Below, piece by piece: positions 59,901 to 64,000 of a stretch of 64,000 nucleotides of DNA. The notes beneath the pieces were generated by a model. That model was not told the DNA's origin and made no database searches. It saw nothing but the letters and a program-made list of their open reading frames with translations. Origin of the DNA: Ostrea edulis (lineage: Eukaryota); assembly GCF_947568905.1 (NCBI RefSeq), contig NC_079169.1, forward strand, positions 36,208,001 to 36,272,000, in the 5' to 3' direction. The position numbers and the translations under genes are program-made. Position 1 is the first letter of the stretch, and the number at the start of each line of letters is the position of its first letter.

Positions 59901-61680
59901 TGCAAAAGAAAAAAAAAATTCAAACCATATTTAAGTATTCCACATGATGTTTGGTTGCAGCAAATACAACAGATTGATGATCTGGATCAATGAGTTCTTT
60001 GAGTATGTATAACAATATGGCTGGTTTGTCATCTTCACGGCAGCGAAAGAATGATTGCTGCAATTTTTTCAAAAACACAATTTCAATAACATGTAGTATT
60101 TCCATATGTCCCTATTATTAACAAATTCAAATTCAGAATCTCACTCTGAGAGTAATTTTTTATAATAAATCATTAAAACTGCTGAAAAGATGAATGAAAC
60201 ACCTTGAGTTGTTCGCTGAGTTTAGTCTCCACATCCAGTCGGATTAGTGTGGGATCATGAAGCCCTGCCTTAGCAAATTCCACCAAGAGTCGGGGCAGTG
60301 TAGCCGAAAAGAGCACTGTCTGTCTGGATTCTGGAAGTCGATGGATAATCTCGTTCAGCTGTTCCTGAAAACCCATCTCAAACAACCTGGGTAAACAACA
60401 TACATAGCCTGACCATTCTGTGTTCCATATTATCTTACAAATAATTCCATACCAGTGGCCTGATATACAAAAAATCTTACGACTATGATTAAGATTTAGA
60501 AACATTTCTTTATCATTCATCTTTTGCTGAGTTTTTTAACAATCACAAACAGCATATTCATGGCTGATAAAACTAGCATAAGATCTTGTGACATTCTTTT
60601 CATTTCATCATCAACGTAAGATTTTTTCTCAAAAGGGCCGAAGTATTACAAATCAAACGTAATACCTGTCCGCCTCATCAAAGACTACATATTCTACAGA
60701 CTTCAGCTTTTTTTCCATCTCCATCAAAACATGCAACAGACGTCCGGGCGTGGCTATCACTCTGAAACAGGACTGAAGTATGAATCTCTGCTCAACAATT
60801 ATTATTTACGATTACATGTACAATCATGCATTCATACAATAATGCCAAGTACATGATATTAATTTTCTTCATAACTTACATGTCAGGATTTTCGTGAAAT
60901 GCAGCAAATTGGTCATCCATCCTGTAGTGAAAATTTCAAATTCATAAACTCTTTCCAATTAAAAAATATGCGAGTTTAATATACTGTAGATATTCCAACT
61001 ATAATTGAATTTCCCTGACGGACACTGACAATGTGTACGTACTTATCTCCTCCTAGCACCACGGCAGCCATCAGTCCTGTGTATTTCCCAAGCTGTAACG
61101 CAAGGAACATAACAAAATTATTTCATGATATATAATATATACTGTAAACCAACTGTTATTTGACATTTTCGCAAGGTTTACGAATATTACTCAACATGAA
61201 CCAGTCCTTTAATGTCTCTCATATTTGTTTAAAGATAATCTCAGTCGCGAAAATTAGTACCATAAAGTAGTTTATCACTGATAAATAGCGAAAAAAAGTC
61301 GTCGCAAATAAAATGTTGGATTATACAATGCACATTATACATGGCTGTTATGGAGGAAGCAGCAATTTAAATCAATTCATAACATTCCAACCTTTTGTCT
61401 TTTAAATGTCTTGTGAATAATAATTAAAAGTCGTACATCTTGCTATACAGGTATGAGAGAATGCTTTGAATATTTATAAAATGAATGGCACCTCTTTGGT
61501 GAACTTGAGAGTTTGTAAAGCTAATTCCCTTGTTGGGGATAAGATGAGGCCCCTTGCTCCGGACTTTGCCATGTGAGTTTTGAGTTTTTCAAACATTGGA
61601 ATGAGGAATGCTGCAGTTTTTCCACTTCCTGTCCTTGCCATGGCAACCACATCTTTCCCCTCCATAATTAAAGGAACAGT
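41729..61680 (-). CDS. DDX54: DEAD-box RNA helicase DDX54 (DBP10), last 17 coding exons; 5' exon(s) not found in window
   Basis: Exons 61680-61492, 61092-61043, 60921-60880, 60761-60666, 60386-60203, 60057-59926, 59798-59588, 59486-59352, 59203-59112, 58938-58806, 56682-56609, 55035-54850, 49722-49574, 49476-49378, 46370-46263, 42247-42117 and 41916-41729 (2199 nt, phases consistent). Motifs [49 protein letters not shown] and the DBP10-type WDRKKKKFV. Confidence 0.95.
42117..42247 (-). CDS. DDX54: DDX54 exon following the U12 intron
   Basis: YKDWLNRNK...DSGDEEEE; AC acceptor, gtaagt donor. Confidence 0.85.
42306..42813. mobile_element. HINE-like element with internal tandem units
   Basis: aacaagaggtactgtgagcaatgctcac start, two ~145-bp units, (ACGG)n, terminal atacccccc...ggggggtat hairpin; same family as 55979-56552. 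Confidence 0.8.
43080..43690 (+). mobile_element. Decayed LINE 3' fragment
   Basis: [37 protein letters not shown] and ICKLC relics. Confidence 0.75.
44008..45570. mobile_element. Non-autonomous Tc1/mariner-pogo-type DNA element
   Basis: CAGTGGAGCCTCGGTAATCCG / CGGATTAACGAGGCTCCACTG TIRs, TA flanks, subterminal atccggac repeats, no long ORF. Confidence 0.88.
45628..46167. mobile_element. Kolobok-like MITE
   Basis: TTAA|agggacatgaccatgat ... atcgtgtccatgcccct|TTAA. Confidence 0.65.
46263..46370 (-). CDS. DDX54: DDX54 exon preceding the U12 intron
   Basis: (W)DRKKKKFV...[17 protein letters not shown]. Confidence 0.9.
47026..47152. repeat. Foldback element
   Basis: aggttataaactttgtatgggaaaatatgatgacc / ggtcgtcatatttcccatacaaagtctataacct around a GC-rich centre. 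Confidence 0.8.
48064..48220. repeat. Foldback element
   Basis: attactacagtaacttgatccgaagag...ctcttcggatcaagttactgtagtaat; inner arms ttgacagg.gcggatcatcagatca / tgatctgatgatccgctcctgtcaa. Confidence 0.85.
49378..49722 (-). CDS. DDX54: DDX54 exons 49722-49574 and 49476-49378
   Basis: [19 protein letters not shown]|[18 protein letters not shown]. Confidence 0.88.
49751..50584. mobile_element. HINE-like element with ~165-bp satellite-like internal units
   Basis: aagaggcccatggccacatcgctcacct start; repeated ttgaatctgcactatgtcaggaagctttcatgtaaa units; terminal hairpin agctcacctgagccttcagctcaggtgagct. Confidence 0.85.
51155..54852. repeat. 20-bp minisatellite (~87 units) split by a Harbinger element
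   Basis: acacacctgtagattacac(a/t) units at 51155-51352 and 53307-54852. Confidence 0.97.
51354..53305. mobile_element. PIF/Harbinger internal-deletion derivative
   Basis: GACGCTGTTTCATCAA / TTGATGAAACAGCGTC TIRs with CTG duplicated on both sides. Myb/SANT-like start MNEK...[25 protein letters not shown] (+, 51592-51699). Nuclease-like start [21 protein letters not shown] (-, ~53000-53070). Confidence 0.85.
54850..55035 (-). CDS. DDX54: DDX54 exon
   Basis: [24 protein letters not shown]...DNLQ; donor gtatgt. Confidence 0.9.
55301..55477. mobile_element. Short MITE
   Basis: Perfect TIR tgggttgctcaaaaccttggttaa / ttaaccaaggttttgagcaaccca; TSD not clear. Confidence 0.7.
55979..56552. mobile_element. 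HINE-like element, second copy
   Basis: Highly similar to 42306-42813; inserted at AA within a degenerate ~50-bp repeat (cagcactc|aa...aa|tgacagtg). Confidence 0.82.
56609..56682 (-). CDS. DDX54: DDX54 exon
   Basis: [24 protein letters not shown]; gtgagt donor. Confidence 0.88.
56793..57771. mobile_element. PIF/Harbinger-type non-autonomous element
   Basis: GGGCTGTTCCAGAAAT / ATTTCTGGAATAGCCC, with TTA on both sides. Confidence 0.85.
58050..58745. repeat. 35-bp CA-rich minisatellite
   Basis: cacagtgaacaaacgcacagcacacacatacatcg units. Confidence 0.95.
58806..61680 (-). CDS. DDX54: DDX54 helicase-core exon cluster (10 exons)
   Basis: All DEAD-box motifs from I to VI in order, with GT-AG junctions. 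Confidence 0.96.
60457..60638. mobile_element. Small degenerate MITE in a DDX54 intron
   Basis: ggcc...aaaaaatcttacg / cgtaagatttttt...ggcc inverted ends. Confidence 0.5.
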
Positions 61681-64000
61681 CTGCAAGCAATAAATGAGGA
61701 TTAAACATCAATGCATAGAATTTACATACAAATAATGATGAGGTCTACAGGCCGAAATGGCTAGACACTTGATTTCTAAAAAGATTAAATTATAATTATA
61801 AGTGTTCCATATTCTTGTCAAAAATAAGAGTATGCAAAATTCTTATTCTTGGGATGAGTGTGCCAAATTTTTTTTCAAATTGTGAGTGTAACTTGTTCTT
61901 CAAAGAGTTTATGCTTACAATATGGGAAACTTAACATTCAAGAAGTCTGACGGAGAAAGTGCTGTTTTTAAACATATTAAAATGATGACATGCTGCTGAT
62001 GGATAACAAAGATAGGCTGACATCCTAATATCAATGTACAATACTGAATTCATGATCAGTGGTAACGTCTTCTGAAAGGTTAAAGACAATTTATTTGGAT
62101 GACCTTGATCTTGTTTGGACTGTCTTACTTTGCTTGTTTATTGGTCCATGGAAGAAAAGTCAAACAAGATCAACACTCGTGCTGCAAAATACGCCCATCC
62201 AATACATTCAGTAATAGTGTACAGAACCATTCTTTAGTGAAAAAATGGCTATGACAATGTTGTTTTGAAAATTCTTCTAATTTCAGAGAGTATTAATCAA
62301 ACATTAGTTCTAAGATGGTTTTGTTAGATGAAAAATTTGTTTGATTTCTCTGTCAAAATTTCGTTCGGAGTTCATCTGCACTAAACACCACGCGAGGCTA
62401 CTTTTCTCTGGAATGTGTCTTCCCCGTTCTAATTTTAGCGCTATTTATAGAACAGGATTTTCCACACAAGCATTATATATAACGAAATGCATTTGTTTGA
62501 TTTTTGTTTTTCATTGCTATCAAAAATTAGCACAACTAAAGATATGAATAAAATACAAATTAATTTAAAGAAACAACATACATAGGCGATGACGTGGCAG
62601 AATAGTCAATTTGATGACGTAGACCACTTACTGGTAGAAGTAGACAGATTACACAAGTTCCCGGTATGAATCGTCTGCTTTACGAGATCGATAACATGAC
62701 TGAGCAAGTGGCGACTTCTGATCTGGTAAATATCAATGAAATTGAACTGCGTTATATGGGGCTCAGTCAACGAGTGCGTTTTAAACGTTTTCCTCGATAT
62801 TGAAATGGAGCCGAATTGCATTCCACCGTTTCAACGACATAACCAGTGTTCAACGTCTCCTCCAACACGATGCAGCATAAATCCAGTCACCACTTGTTAT
62901 CTTCCTTTATATTTAATTCAGCTTTTAACCATTGCACCTTTAATTTGGCGTATAATCCATTTAAATCTGCACAGTAACTGTTCCTGACCTGAACGCACAG
63001 CCATGCCGTTTTGTTTTTGTTTTCATTCTTGCCTATATGTATTCCTACGCGCCATTTCAGAAACGTTAATTCAAGCTTTTTGATGGGAGAAACTATTTGT
63101 TTTTCTATCTTAAAAACATAATTAAATGATAAGAAATAAAACTTATAATTCTTTGTTTGATGCATGTATCAAACGAAACATTGGACGGAAAACTTTTTCA
63201 TCAATGCGCTATTATAAGTTTCATTTCTTAATTGAAGGAAATTTCACTCTAATAAATTAGAACTTAAACTGAGATGCAAAATCATCACTTTTTAAAATAT
63301 ACTTGGCACAAACACTACTAGGATCAAGTATGCCATGTTTCATGATCCTAACCTAGTTTTTCCTTCATGATTGCCCATGAAAATAACACCAATGGGAAAC
63401 ATGTGTACCAGCTATCCTAGCCTTAATAGTACTATTGTTATCCTTCCCACAAGGTATTGATGGATGAACAGACAGAGACACAGAAACACTGTACCTTAAT
63501 ACAACCTCTCCATGATGGTTGAATGTATCAAGTTTGAGTATCCTAGCCTTACAAGTACTGTTTTCATCTTGTTTTGTGCATTCATTATTACCCTTGTCAG
63601 TTTGATTTTGACCTTGAAAATCAATAGGCTTCTTCATCTATTCATTGAAAGCAAACGTTTCAAGTCTGATGATCCTAGTTGTTTCATTCCTCTATTAATT
63701 CAGAACATGTGTACCAAGTTTGAGGATCCTAGCCTTATAAATTTACAGTTGTTATCAGACTCACATGGTGCAGACATATGTGCACACATTGCATCAATAT
63801 ACCATTATATGACCAATCTAATGACTAAATTTAAAAATAGTTCCACACCTTCACACTACACAGAATTTTACCTTCCTCTGTATGGGGGTTGGTATTTTGT
63901 ATCCTTTTCTCATAACACCTTTGTAAACTGAATGTGAAAGACCTGAAAAAAGAATTACAACAAAGAGTAAAGAATGTGATATGCTATCAAAATCTGTTTA

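Noticed and set aside
61980-62050. C/D-box-like ATGATGA...CTGA arrangement
   Set aside because: Antisense to the host gene, with no terminal stem and no recognisable guide.

Overview
AT-rich animal genomic DNA whose repeat content looks like an oyster-type bivalve (inference from the repeat families). It holds three protein-coding loci, all on the minus strand. (1) One doublecortin (DCDC2-like) coding exon at ~10.4-10.7 kb. (2) A complete six-coding-exon MBD5-like gene (27075-38416; MBD plus PWWP; 1749 aa by my splice model). (3) The last 17 coding exons of DDX54 (41729-61680; 5' end not found in the window), including a clear U12-type AT-AC intron. The remainder is layered transposon and repeat DNA: a decayed DD34D mariner, PIF/Harbinger, Kolobok-like, hAT-like and Tc1/pogo-like non-autonomous elements, Helentron-associated (HINE-like) elements, SINEs, LINE fragments, foldbacks and minisatellites. 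Most notable: a minimal hammerhead ribozyme motif; two tandem arrays that each begin at and copy a splice-donor junction; a Harbinger deletion derivative sitting in one of those arrays with a CTG duplication; a TSD-flanked 5'-inverted RTE insertion; and two palindromic MITEs in the same 8-bp target. No CRISPR array, rRNA or intact tRNA gene was seen. Coordinates were counted by hand and no database searches were run.
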